From assembly GCA_030390025.1 (NCBI GenBank), contig CM059431.1, positions 107,820,001-107,884,000 of the forward strand: a stretch of 64,000 nt of DNA, in the 5' to 3' direction. The notes under the pieces are model-generated. The model was not told the DNA's origin, did no database searches, and was given only the letters and a program-made list of their open reading frames with translations. This DNA is from Squalus acanthias. Taxonomy: Eukaryota. The translations under genes were made by a program, and so were the position numbers. Below, piece by piece: positions 11,629 to 24,015 of the stretch; position 1 is the stretch's first letter; every line of letters begins with the position of its first letter.

Positions 11629-11884
11629 GGGAGAATTCAAAAGCAGCGGGAGCAGAGTGAGAGCGCCAAAATCCGGGAGAGTTCAAAAGCAGCGGGAGCA
11701 GAGCGAGAGCGCCAAAACCCGGGAGAGTTCAAAAGCAGCGGGAGCAGAGCGAGAGCGCCAAAACCCAGGAGAGTTCAAAAGCAGCGGGAACAGAGCGAGA
11801 GTGCCAAAACCCAGGAGAGTTCAAAAGCAGCGGGAGCAGAGCGAGAGCGCCAAAACCCAGGGAGAGTTCAAAAGCAGCGGGAGA
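11629..11884 (+). repeat. 46-bp tandem repeat (about 5.5 copies) at the 5' end of the full-length CR1
   Basis: GTTCAAAAGCAGCGGGA recurs at 11681, 11727, 11773, 11819 and 11866. Confidence 0.95.
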
Positions 11885-12088
11885 CGCTGAGATACAAAGG
11901 ACCAGTGAGTGTAAAGAAGTAAAAAGTAATCGAAGTGTGACATCACCAGAAAGCAGGTAATTGATTGGTTGGTGAGTATTTCTCTATTTCTCGCTTTTGT
12001 TCCAAATTTGAGCATCTAAATTTAAGTGCCTTGGTGTAGATTAAAAGATATAAGTGTTCCAAATTTTAAAACTGATTAATTAATTGAG

Positions 12089-13019
12089 ATGGGAGACCAG
12101 GCAATGTGTTGTTGTTGTTGCATGTGGGAGCTCGTGGACACCATTGAGGTCCAGGGCGACCACATCTGCAGCAAATGTTGGCTGCTCGAGGAACTTCGGC
12201 TCAAAGTTGACGAGCTGGAGTCCGAGCTTCAGACACTGCGACACATTAGGGAGGGGAGCGTTACCTGGACACTATGTTCCAGGAGGCAGTCACACCCACT
12301 AGAATAATTACTTCCAATTTGGCCATGGTCTGGGACAGGAGGGTGTGACTACAAGTGAGTCAGGTATTGGGATCCAGGAGATAGTGGTGGAGGAGCCTCA
12401 GCCCTTGGCCTTGTCCAACAGGTATGAGATTCTTGCTCCCTGTGTGAACGATTCCAGGGACTGCAGGGAGGATGAGCAAACTGACCACAGCACCGTGGGG
12501 GAGCAAAAAGAAATGTTGTAGTGATTGGGGACAGTATAGTGAGGGGGATAGATACTGTTCTCTGCAGCCGAGAGCGTGAGTCCTGAAGGCTGTGTTGCCT
12601 GCCCGGTGCCAGGGTTAAGGACATCTCCTCTGGGCTGGAGAGAAACTTGGAGTGGGAGGGGGAAGATCCAGTTGTCATGGTCCACATAGGTACCAATGAC
12701 ATAGGTAGGACAAAGAAAGAGATTCTGCAGAGAATATGAGCAGCTAGGGGCTAAATTAAAAAGCAGAACCACAAAGGTAATAATCTCTGGATTACTACCT
12801 GAGCCACGAGTGAATTTGCATAGGGTAAATAAGATCAGAGAAATGTATGAGTGGCTCAAAGACTGGTGTGGGAGAAATGGGTTTCGATTGGTGGGGCACT
12901 GGCACCAGTACTGGGATAAGAGGGAGCAGTTCCATTTGGACGGGCTTCACTTGAACCATGCTGGGGCTAGAGTCCTGGCAAATCGAATAACTAGGGCTGT
13001 AGAGAGGGCTTTAAACTAA
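12089..13019 (+). pseudogene. CR1 ORF1: zinc finger/coiled coil + SGNH esterase-like domain, frameshifted
   Basis: CCCCMWE..HICSKC..LRLKVDELE; GDSIVRG; VHIGTND; DGLHLN, split over several frames. Confidence 0.88.
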
Positions 13020-13189
13020 ATAATGTGGGGGAGGATCCAGGTGAGCAGGAAAATAAAAAGTCAATGAGAAATGAGAAAGCAATAGAGCAGGCTAGAGATG
13101 GGGGAAATAATAACCAGAGTGTGACAGGAAGGGACAGAATGTTTAAAAATAAGAGCGTAACAGGAAAAAAGGCCAAAACAAGGAAAAAT

Positions 13190-15999
13190 GGTAAAAAGAC
13201 AAAGTTAAAAGCTCTATATCTAAATGCACGCAGCATTTGTAACAAGATAAATGAGTTGACGGCACAAATAGATACAAATGGGTATGATCTGATCGCCATT
13301 ACAGAGACGTGGTTGCAAGGCGACCAGGGCTGGGAACTGAATATTCCAAGGTATATGATAATTCGGAAGGATAGAAAGAAAGGAAAGGGAGGTGGGGTGG
13401 CTTTGTTGGTAAAAGATGGGATCAGTGCAGTGGTGAGAAGTGATATTGGCTCAGAAGATCAAGATGTAGAATCGGTTTGGGTGGAGATAAAAAATAATAA
13501 GGGGAAAAAGTCTCTGGTGGGCGTAGTCTACAGGCCCCCGAACACTAGCAATGCTGTTTGACAGAGTATAAATCAACAAATAATGGAGGCCTGTAAAAAA
13601 GGTACGGTAATAATCATGGGTGATTTTAATCTCCATATTGATTGGACAAATCAAATTGGCCATGGTAGCCAATGGAGGAGGAGTTCATAAAGTGCATCTG
13701 GGATGTTTTCCTAGAACAGTATGTAATGGAACCAAACAGGGAGCAGGCTATCTTGGATCTGGTACTATGTAATGAGACAGAATTAATAAATGATCTCATA
13801 GTAAAGGATCATAGCATGGTTGAATTTCAAATTCAGTTGGAGGGTGAGAAAATTGTATCCCAAACCAGTGTCCTGATCTTAAACAAAGGACAATTATAAT
13901 GGCATGAGGGCAGAACTGGCTAAAGTGGACTAGAAAAACAAATTAAAGGGTAAGAAAGTTGAAATGCAGTGGCGGACATTTGAGGAGATATTTCATAACG
14001 CTCAACAAGAATATATTCCAGTGAGAAAGAAAGATTTTAAGAGAAGGGAGCATCATCCGTGGCTAACTAAGGAAGTAAAGGATGGTATCAAATTGAAAGC
14101 AAAGGCATACAATGTTGCCAAGATTGGTGGGAGACCAGAGGATTGGGAAATTTTTAAAAACCAGCAAAGGATGACTAAAAAAATAATAAAGAGAGAGAAG
14201 ATGAATTATGAGAGTAAGCTGGCAAGAAACATTAAAACAGATAATAAGAGCTTCTACAGGTATATAAAAAGGAAGAGGGTAGCTAAAGTAAACGTTGGTC
14301 CCTTAGAGGATGAGACTGGGGAATTAATAATGCGGAATGGGGAAATGGCAGAGACTCTGAACAAATATTTTGCATCTGTTTTCACTTTAGAAGACACTAA
14401 CAACATCCAATAATGGATAATCAAGGGGCCACAGGGAGTGGGGAACTAAAGACAATCACTATCACTAAGGAAATAGTACTCGGTAAAATAATGGGACTAA
14501 AAGACGACAAGTCCCCTGGACCAGATGGCCTGCATCCCAGGGTCTTAAAAGAAGTGGCTGCAGAGATAGTGGATGCATTGGTTGCAATATACCAAAATTC
14601 CCTGGACTCTGGAGAGGTCCCAGCGGATTGGAAAACCGTTAATGTAACACTCCTATTTAAGAAAGGAGGGAGACAGAAAGCAGGAAACTATAGACCAGCT
14701 AGCCTAACACTTGTCATTGGGAAAATGCTGGAGTCCTTCTTAAGGAAGCAGTAGCAGGGCATTTAGAAAAACATACTGCAGTCAAACAGAGTCAGCATGG
14801 TTTCAGGAAAGGGAAATCATGTTTAACAAATTTGCTGGAGTTCTTTGAGGATGTAACAAGCAGGTTGGACAAAGGTGAACCAGTGGATGTGGTGTATTTG
14901 GATTTCCAGAAGGCATTCGATAAGGTGCCACATAAAAGGTTACTGCAAAAGATAAGAGCTCACGGAGTTGGGGGTAATATATTAGCATGGATAGAGAATT
15001 GGCTAACTAACAGAAAGCAGAGAGTCGGGATAAATGGGTCATTTTCTGGTTGGCAAACGGTAACTAGTGGGGTGCCACAAGGATCGGTGCTGGTGCCCCA
15101 ACTATTTACAATCTACATTAATGACTTGGATGAAGGGATCGAGTGTAATGTAGCCAAGTTTGCGGATGATACAAAGATGGGTGGGAAAGCAAGTTGTGCA
15201 GAGGACTCAAAGAACCTGCAAAGGGATATAGACAGTTTAAGTGAGTGGGCAAACATTTGGCAGATGGAGTATAATATGGGAAAGTGCGAGGTTATCCACT
15301 TTGGCAGGAAAAATAAAAAAGCAAACTATTATTTAAATGGAGAGAGATTACAAAATGCTACAGTTCAGAGGGACCTGGGGGTCCTTGTGCATGAAACACA
15401 AAAAGTTAGCATGCAGGTACAGCAAGTAATCAAAAAGGCAAATGGAATGTTGGCCTTCATTTCAAGGGGGTTGGAGTATAAAAGCAGGGAAGTCCTGCTA
15501 CAACTGTACAAGGTATTGGTGAGACCACTCCTTGAGTACTGCGTACAGTTTTGGTCTCCTTATTTAAGGAAAGATATACTTGCATTGGAGGCAGTTCAGA
15601 GACGATTCACTAGGTTAATTCCAGAGATGAGGGGGTTTGACTTTTGAGGAAAGGTTGAGCAGGCTGGGCCTATACTCATTGGAACTTAGAAGAATGAGAG
15701 GTGATCTTATCGAAACATATAAGATACTGAGGGGGCTCGACAGGGTAGATGCAGAGAGGATGTTTCCCCTCATGGGGAAATCTAGAACTCGGGGGCACAG
15801 TCTCAGAATAAAGGGTCACCCTTTTAGAACTGAGATGAGGAGGAACTTCTTCTCTCAGAGGGTCGTAAATTTGTGGAATTCTCTGCCCCAGAGAGCAGTG
15901 GAGGATGGGTCATTAAATACATTTAAAGTAGAGATAGACACATTTTTGCAAGATAAGGGAGTGAAGGGTTATGGGGAGTGGGCTGGGAAGTGCCTTTGA
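13190..15999 (+). pseudogene. CR1 ORF2: AP endonuclease + reverse transcriptase, with stops and frameshifts
   Basis: YLNARSI, ITETW, VYRPP, GDFN, ILDLV, KSPGPDG, LDFQKAFDKV, GVPQGSVL, FADD. Confidence 0.93.
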
Positions 16000-16631
16000 G
16001 CCCAAGATCAGCCATGATCTTATTGAATGGCGGAGCAGGCTCGAGGGGCCAAGTGGCCTATTCCTGCTCCTATTTCTTATGTTCTTATAGGGAATGACTG
16101 TCTCCGGCTGGGGAATCTAGAATAAGGGGACAATTTTAGAATTAAAGCCAAGCAAAAGCAGATCCTTCTGATAAGTCCTGGATACTCTGAATGCACCAAT
16201 CTTTCATCAGAAGCACGGTAGGGAAGGACCTCTGCCCGTCGCTGTGACTCAGCACTGACCCCGTTGCTATTTCCAGTATCAGCCTCAATTGTTTAATTTG
16301 GGTTAGCGCCTGACAGTAGTACCGCCCGCCATTGGAAGCTGTCTGTCGGTGGGGGAGGGGAAGGGGGAGGAATCTAAGCTGCCGCAGCAGTTAGGGTGCT
16401 GCAGTGGTTTAACAGGGGCAAGCCACAAAGTGTTAAAAGTGGACTTATTCCTGAAGGTTTCCTGCAAGCATTTCAGCGAGTGGATCTTGGAGCGTCATGG
16501 AATATCTGGCTCCAGCTCAGGAGTATCAGGACTCAGATCTCAGGGGTCTAGCTTTTAAAAAAAGGATGATATCTGGGCATCAAACATCTGTTAAGGCATT
16601 GGGGAAGGTTTTCAGGAATCTCTGTTAGATA

Positions 16632-17195
16632 ATATAGAATTTACAGCACAGAAACAGGCAATTTGGACCAACAGGCCCACCTTAATTCATCTCACCCGAT
16701 CAACATAACCTTCTATTCCTTTCTCCCACATGTACTTCTCCAGCTTCCCCTTAAATGCATCTATGCTATTCGCCTCAACTTCTCCATGTGGTAGCGAGTT
16801 CCACATTCTCAACACTCTCTGAGTGAAGAAGTTTCTCCTGAATTCCTCATTGGATTTATTAATGACTATCTTATATTTATGGTCCTTTGTTTTGGACTCC
16901 CCACAAGTGGAAACATCTGCTCTCGGCCTACCCTATCAAACCCTTTCATAAGTTTAAAGACCTCTATCAGATCACCCCTCAGCCTTCCCTTTTCTCGAGA
17001 AAAGAGCCCCAGCTTGTTCCGTTTTTCCTGATTGTTATAACTTTTCAGTTCTGGTATCATCCTTGTAAATCTTTTTTTTGCACCTTCCCCAGTGCTTCTA
17101 TATTCTTTTTTACAATATGGAGAGCTGAACTGTGCACAGTACTCTAAGTGTGGTCTACCCAAGGTTCTATATAAGTTTAACATAACACCTCTACT
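16632..17195 (-). mobile_element. CR1 LINE 3' fragment
   Basis: LYRTLGRPHLEYC..RLRGDLIEVFKLMKG and CR1 tail. Confidence 0.85.
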
Positions 17196-17924
17196 TTTGA
17201 ATTCTGTAACGGGTAAATTGGAGGAGTCTGCTAGTCATATTTGCATTAGCCTGATGGGTACAAGTCCACTCTGGAACATGTGGCAGCTCCAGACCTATCT
17301 GCTATGAGTGTCCTCAACACAACGGCCCAAAGCCATAGCCGCTGGCATGGATGTTCAGTCTGCTGCCATTGAGATTAGGTGACAGATTAGAGAGGTCTTT
17401 CTCAAATGGCTTTGGAACCTTGCAGACAACCAACTCTCAGGCTTTCAACAACCTGAAAGGTACTGTTCATTCTGCTCTCCATCAGTGGCCAAGCAGCGCC
17501 GCTGCCCAGTACTAATGACTTGGCAGAAATGAAATCGCATGATGCTGCTCTTCAAGATAGCAGCGTATACATCCACTTCTGCCGGTTCCCTCAGATGCCT
17601 CCAAAAGGGGGCTTGGTGAGGTTGACTTTGTGCTGGTACAAGAGATGCAGCTTGCATCAAGTCCCTCTTAGGATTTGGCTACCCTGAGATAAGTTCCGTT
17701 CCAATAGGTTTTTATTGAAGTAGAGCAGCTAGCAATCATCTCACAAACTTCTGCCACTCAGGTCCACTCAGACTGGGTCATGAGGTTGAAAAGCACAAAC
17801 TGACATGAAGAAGCAGGGTGGTAAGAAAAAGTAGACAAATGTTGTATTTTTGCAATAAAAAATTTGCAACAGTGAAGCCCGTTGAGGGATACTTTCTTCA
17901 GGGCAGCATATTGGTGGGGCAAGA

Positions 17925-18250
17925 CTTTCAAATTTATGAAGGGTTTTGATAGATTAAATAAAAAGAAACTATTTCCAGTGGCAGAAGGGTCGATAACCAG
18001 AGGACACAGATTTAAGGTATTTGGCAAAAAATCCAGGAGGGAGATGAGGAGAAATATTTTTACGCAGCAAGTTGTTGTGATCTGGAAAACACTGCCTGAA
18101 AGGGTGATGGAATTGGATAAATACTTAAAAACGAGATCATAGCAGGGCTATGGGCAAAGAGCAGGGCAGTGGGACTAATTGGATAGCTCTTTGAAAGAGC
18201 TAGTACATACAGGATGGACCGAATGGCCTCCTTCTGCACTGTATGATTCT
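17925..18250 (+). mobile_element. CR1 LINE 3' fragment
   Basis: FKFMKGFDR..TRGHRFKV..IFTQQVV..W; tail GAATGGCCTCCTTCTGCACTGTATGATTCTA. Confidence 0.85.
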
Positions 18251-19167
18251 ACGACTTCGACCCATCCCTCCAGATTTTCCACAAACCCAACCCACTTTCC
18301 TGGGTTGGGGTTCAGTCCATATGTACGGTGGGCTCCTGGCAAGATTTCCTCCATCAAAATGGGGCTTGCCAGTGTGAGGGCAAAAAATCCTGCTGGTGTG
18401 GCAGTGGGGATGTCGTTGAGCACCGAAAGAGGCAGTGAGGGACCTTAAAGGGGCAGAAAGAGGGCAGCAACGCTCCCACTGAAGTCCTAGGCCAAGACCG
18501 ACGCCTTCAGCTGGCAAGAGCTAGGTCCAACCTCGAGGGAGAGGAGGCCATGACAAGGCCCTCTCCCTCCGCTGTGGGACCTTAGATCATTTGCTGCTGT
18601 TTGCCGGGGCCTACATCTACCACCCGCACGTCTACCCTGGGAAGCAACGGTAAGTAGGACGGACGGGAGGGAAATCCACCAGAGACACGACCACTCCTCC
18701 TCCGTTTGCATGTGGTCCGTGTGGGAGGAGCAGCCATTGGCGGTTCCTGCGGATACGGGGTAAGAAAACCCTATCCAGGCAGTGAGGCAGTACGAGGACC
18801 TCACCGTATGAATATTCCATCAGTGCTGCCTGACCACCCTTGCCTCCCTGCATTCCTCGTCCCACTCCTCCTCCAAGCATAGATAGAGGAGTATTGTCAC
18901 TTTCTGTTGACTATCTCATGGCTCAAAAAACAAAGCAACAGACACAAACTCTAATGTTGAAGCAGCGAAAATGATTCAGTGATGCGCATTTTGCAACGTT
19001 TTCCCCAGTGAACTTAGAATGATCCTTTAAATGACTTCCACCTTGATGTGGTCGACTCAATTATCAATGGTAGATGCATGCTATATAGTGGATGATTCAG
19101 CGTTGGGTATTAAATAAGCATTCAACTTGCTAAACCGGACGTCAGCATCTCGTTAACATTTCATTAT

Positions 19168-19690
19168 TGTGTACAGTATTGGTCTCCTTATTTAAGGAAG
19201 GATGTAAATGTGTTGGAAGCAGTTCAGAGAAGGTTTACTAGACTAATACCTGGAATGGGTGAGTTGTCTTATGAGGAAAGGTTGGACAGGCTAGGCTTGT
19301 ATCCACTGGAGTTTAGAAGAGTAAGAGGTGACTTGATTGAAACATAGAAGATCCTGAGGGGTCTGGACAGGGTGGATGTGGAGAGGATGTTTCCTCTTGT
19401 GGGAGAATCTAGAACTAGGGGTCACAGTTTAAAAATAAGGGGTCGCCCATTTAAGACAGAGATGAGGAGAGGGTCGTGAGTCTTTGGGACTCTCTTCCTC
19501 AGAGGGCGGTGGAAGCAGAGTCTTTGAATATTTTTTAGGGAGAGGTAGATAGATTCTTGATAGGCAAGGGGGTGAAAGGTTATCGGGAATGTGGAGTAAT
19601 CAGATCTGCTATGATCTTATTGAGTGGCGGAGCAGGCTCAAGGGGCCGAGTGGCCTACTCCTGCTCCTAATTCGTATCTTCGTATGTTCA
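19168..19690 (+). mobile_element. CR1 LINE 3' fragment
   Basis: High nucleotide similarity to 15540-16088. Confidence 0.88.
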
Positions 19691-20077
19691 TTCAAATTTC
19701 ACCACCCATATTTGGAGAGGAAGAGGCATTTCCTCTCCCTGAGGTCATTTCCAGTAGAACCTTGCATACACCGTTCCCGGAGGCAGGTATCTGGTGTTAA
19801 CCCTCCCCACTCCGCTCTGTGTTCTTGCCCACCCCAAAACTGCAAAAATATCAGGCACAAAAATCTCAAAAAATTCAAAAGGATCGTTAGAACGTGCTCC
19901 CGCAGGCTATGGATGCAAAGTCAAATGAGATGTTTGAAAGCGTGATAGACACTTGGGAAGCAAGAGTATTAAGGGATTTGGAGAAAAAAGCAGGGGAATA
20001 GGATTAAGTAGATGGACTTGCCATTCCCCCAGAGTAAACGCAATGGACCTATATTCCGAAAAGGTCTTCATTACGTC

Positions 20078-20310
20078 AAAAGCAAAATACCTCGGATGCT
20101 GGGAATCTGAAATAAAACCAGAAAATGGTGGAAGCACTCAGCAGGTCAGGCAGTATCTGTGGCGCGAGAAACAGAGTTGGGTCAGGGGGAAGGGGAGCGA
20201 GTGTTGGGGGTGATGGAAGAGTAGACCAGGGTGTCGCGGAGGGAACCCCAGAACTCTGTTTCTCTCTCCACAGATGCTGCGTGTTCCCAGCATTTTCTGG
20301 TTCTATTTCA
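20078..20310. repeat. Inverted-repeat relic, probably the termini of a second PLE family
   Basis: TGAAATAAAACCAGAAAATG..GCAGTATCTGTGGCGCGAGAAACAGAGTT is mirrored by AACTCTGTTTCTCTCTCCACAGATGCTGC..CATTTTCTGGTTCTATTTCA. The PLE assignment is from recollection of shark repeats. Confidence 0.55.
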
Positions 20311-20554
20311 CGATGTCAGAATATATAAAAATCTATTTGGTGTATGAGTTCAGCATTTGTAATAGGAATATATAAAATCGATTTTCTAATTACTTGTTAT
20401 CAAGCTATACCGGACACTGTGCTGCAACAGTTGCTATTTCAATCGGTGCTCAACTTAGGTCAGTTCTGTGTAACGGGCCAAATAATACTCGGATGTATCA
20501 GCAGAGGGTGCCGTTCCCAACTCAGTGAGTTCAGGAGCAGGAATCACCACTTAC

Positions 20555-20611
20555 ATTTCACTCTGCAGCATAGTGGAACAGCTCTGTCGTTGTCATACAG
20601 TCCAAAGCCAT
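20555..20611 (-). CDS. Candidate 57-nt symmetric (phase 1-1) host exon, (D)GFGLYDNDRAVPLCCRVK
   Basis: Acceptor TTTTGCTTTTGTTGCTTTTAG and donor GTAAGT, both near consensus; length divisible by 3; one open frame; lies in non-repeat sequence. Confidence 0.55.
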
Positions 20612-20648
20612 CTAAAAGCAACAAAAGCAAAACTATGCACACAAATTT

Positions 20649-21050
20649 CAACAACAACAACAACAAGAATTTGCATTTATATAGCGCCTTTAACATAGTA
20701 AAACGTCCCAAGGCGCTGCACTGGAGCGAGTATCAAACAAAAATTGACACCGAGCCTCACTTGGAACAGGCTTGGTTAAAGAGGTAGGTTTTAAGGAGCA
20801 TCTTAAAAGGAGGAAAGAGAGGTAGAGAGGCCGAGAGGATTAAAGATAGAAAGACTTGACTTTATACAGCGCCTTTCACGACCACCGCACGGCCCAAAGT
20901 GCTTTACAGTCAACAAAGTGCTTTTTGAAGTGTAGTCACTGTTGTAATGTAGGAGGGAATTGCAGAGCTTAGGGCCAAGGCAGCTGAAGGCATGGCTGCC
21001 AATGGTGGAGCGATTAAAATCAGGGATGCTCAAGAGGCCAGAATTGGAGG
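20649..21050 (-). mobile_element. L2 3' fragment with a nested SINE tail piece
   Basis: Same tail as 638-1070; 20850-20950 matches the tail of the SINE at 5627. Confidence 0.75.
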
Positions 21051-21052
21051 AG

Positions 21053-21927
21053 AACATAAGAAATCGGAGCAGGAGTAGGCCATTCGGCCGCTCGAGCCTG
21101 CCTCGCCATTCAATAAGATCATGGCTGATCTGATCTTGGCCTCAACGCCACTTTCCTGCCGCTCCCATAACCCTTGACTCCCCTGTAGCTGAAATATCTG
21201 TCTATCTCCGCCTTGAATATATTCAATGATTCAGTCTCCACAGCTCTCTGGGGTAGAGAATTCCAAAGATTCATGACCCTCTGAGAGAAGAAATTCCTCC
21301 TCATCTCCGTTTTAAATGGGCGACCACTATTCTGAAACTATGCCCCCTAGTTCTAGATTCCCCCACGAGGGGAAACATCCTCCCTGCATCTACCCTGTCC
21401 AGCCCCCTCAGAATCTTATATGTTTCAATAAGATCACCTCTCATTCTTCTAAACTCCAATGAGTATAGGCTCAACTTGCTCAACCTTTCTTCATAAGACA
21501 ACCCCCTCATCTCCAGAATCAACCTTGTGAACCTTCTCTGAACTGCCTCCAATGCAAGTATATCCTTCCTTAAATAAGGAGACCAAAACTGTACACAGTA
21601 CTCCAGGTGTGGTCTCACCAATGCCCTGTACAGTTGTAATAGGACTTCCCTACTTTTATACTCCATCCCCCTTGCAATAAAGGCAAACATTCCATTTGCC
21701 TTCCTAATTAATTGCTGTACCTGCATGTTAACTTTTTGTGTTTCATGTACGAGGACCTCCAGATCCCTCTGTACCACAGCATTATGTAGTCTCCATCCAT
21801 TTAAATAATAATTTGCTTTTTTATTTTTCCTACCAAAGTGGATAACTTCACATTTTCCCACATTATACTCCATCTGCCAAATTTCTGCCCACACACTTAA
21901 CCTAACTTCATCCCTTTGCAGACTCTT
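21053..21927 (-). mobile_element. CR1 LINE 3' fragment
   Basis: ORF 21301-21894: WQMEYNVGKCEVIHFG..RPHLEYCVQFWSP. Confidence 0.9.
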
Positions 21928-21928
21928 T

Positions 21929-22758
21929 GGGCTGGTGTTTTACCTGCCGAGATGAGTTGGGGGCGGGACTGCTGCCTTCTGGCGCTATTTTCCCCTGATT
22001 GGCCTTGTTAAGCCTGCCCTACGGGCGTGCCGGCCAATTAAGGGAAAGCCGGTGTCAGATTACGTCAGTTGATGACGCTTCATCTGCCTGTTTTCTTAAA
22101 GGGACATGTACCATTTATTTTTGACAGATGATCTGTCAGTGTTTGACAGCATTGAGGTGCTGTCAAACACTGACAATCACTGTACAAAGGTGAGCCCTTT
22201 CACCCAGGCTCTCCAATGAATTGTTCCTTAGGATAAAACAGATGGCAGCTGCAGGTGAAGTTACAGAGGTGATCTGTCACATCTCCCAATGACGTGAGGC
22301 CACACAAACACTTCAAAGCTTGTCACCTACAGAAAAATCTAAACACATTAAAAATGACTTTCCAACATTTCCTTACCTCTGATACTCACCAGTGTCTCAT
22401 TGCATCCTTCACACCACTTCTGCAGCTGTCATCTATACACAAACATAACAACAGACCCACAGCACGCCTCACTTACCCTGGCGGGGTTCCCCGACGTTGG
22501 AAAGCCTGCAGCAGAAGTCTCAAAATGGAAAAAAGCCTCTTAACTGCCTGTTAACTATGTGTTAACAGGTAGTTAAGTGGCTATAATCCTCTTCCCGCCG
22601 GTAGGAGTCGGGTCCCTGCGCAAATCGGGGACCTGACTCCCGGGAAGATTGTTTGGAGGCCGGTTGGAAGCGGGTTCGGGACCCGCTCCCTTTCTTTTTG
22701 ATTTTGCCAGGAGTCCCGCCTCCAAACCCACCTCCTCAGGGCTGATAAAATCCAGCCC
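21929..22758. mobile_element. Harbinger-type MITE (GGGCTGG termini)
   Basis: Ends GGGCTGGTGTTT and AAAATCCAGCCC; related in reverse orientation to 53077-53929. Confidence 0.72.
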
Positions 22759-22769
22759 TATGTGTCCTC

Positions 22770-23145
22770 CTCAAGAGCGCAGAGTTCTTGGAGGGTTATC
22801 TTCTGGAAGAGGTTATAGAGATAGGGAGGGGTGAGGCCATGGAGGGACTTGAAAACAAGGATGTGAATTTTAAAAATGAGGCGTTGCCAGACCTGGAGCT
22901 GATGTAGGTTAGCCAGCACAGGGATGATGGGTGAACGGGACTTGGTGTGAGTTAGGATACGGGCAGCAGAGTTTTGGATGAGTTCAAGTTTATGGAGGCT
23001 GGAAGATGGGACGCCGGCCAGGAGAGCGATGGAATAGTTGAGTTCTAGAGGCAACAAAGGCATGAATGAGGGTTTCAGCAACAGGTGTTACGGAGGTGGA
23101 ATTGGTGGTCTTGCTGATGGAGCGAATGTGTGATTGGAAACTCAG
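22770..23145 (-). mobile_element. L2 RT C-terminal fragment
   Basis: LHKLELIQNSAARILT..IIPVLANLH..FKIHILVFKSLHGLTPPYL. Confidence 0.85.
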
Positions 23146-23519
23146 AACCGCCTTTCATATTGTGCCTGGAAGGATGGTTTAGAGGGGAAGGATTCAGATT
23201 TCTGGGACTCTCACGTTCAAGAGAGTGGGAGGGGAAAATTCACACTGTGTAAATAAGTGTGAGCAAATGTCCAGCAGGACATAGGGACAGCATGGGGACA
23301 GTTACCCAAATAAGAGGGTTGCACAAAAGTGCATGTAGCAAAAGAAAGTTATGTTAGAAGCAAAATTCAGCTTGAAGGGTATGATGTATTAGCCATAATG
23401 GAGACCTGGCTGCAAGCTGGGCATTACCGGGAGCTAAATATTCCAGGCTATAGGATCTTTAGAAAAGACAGGAAAATTGAGAAGGTGGGGTAGCAATATT
23501 GATAAAAGCACAACTACCA

Positions 23520-24015
23520 CAGTACCACTTGCCTGGATGAGTGCAGCTCCAACAACACTCAAGAAGCTTGACACCATCCAGGACAAAGCAGCCCGCTTGA
23601 TTGGCACCCCATCCATCACCTTAAACATTCACTCCCTCCACCACCGGCATACCGTGGCTGCAGTGTGTACCATCTACAAGATGCACTGCAGCAACTCACC
23701 AAGGCTTCTTCGGCAGCGCCTCCCAAACCCGCGACCTCTTCTTCCTAGAAGGACAAGGGCAGCAGGCTCATGGGAACACCACCAGCTCCAAGTTCCCCTC
23801 CAATTCACACACCATCCTGACTTAGAAATATATCGCCGATCCTTCATCGTTGCTGGGTCAAAATCCTGGAACTCCCTCCCTAACAGCACTGTGGGAGTAC
23901 CTTCACCACACGGACTGCTGCGGTTCAAGAAGGCGGCTCACCACCACCTTCTCAAGGGCAATTAGGAATGGGCAATAAATGCTGTCCTTGCCAGCGACGC
24001 CCACATCCCATGAAA
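23520..24015 (+). mobile_element. CR1/Crack-group LINE 3' fragment nested in an old CR1 endonuclease segment (23150-24306)
   Basis: PLAWMSAAPTTLKKLDTIQDKAARLIG..WNSLP; flanks encode METW..VYRPP..MGD. Confidence 0.75.

Larger units (their letters stand above)
11629..16088 (+). mobile_element. Full-length CR1 LINE (disabled), inserted in an older CR1 fragment
   Basis: 5' UTR, ORF1, ORF2 and (TTCTTATG)n tail in order; the flanks at 11575-11628 and 16089-16150 continue an older CR1 RT segment. Confidence 0.93.

Noticed and set aside
11629..11884. CRISPR-like appearance of the 46-bp array (also the 54-bp array at 32869)
   Set aside because: Head-to-tail repeats with no unique spacers, no cas genes, and a vertebrate context.
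18250..18900. Several ~100-aa ORFs with a CCPLS motif resembling an RT GCPLS
   Set aside because: No other RT motifs appear in order; origin left unresolved.
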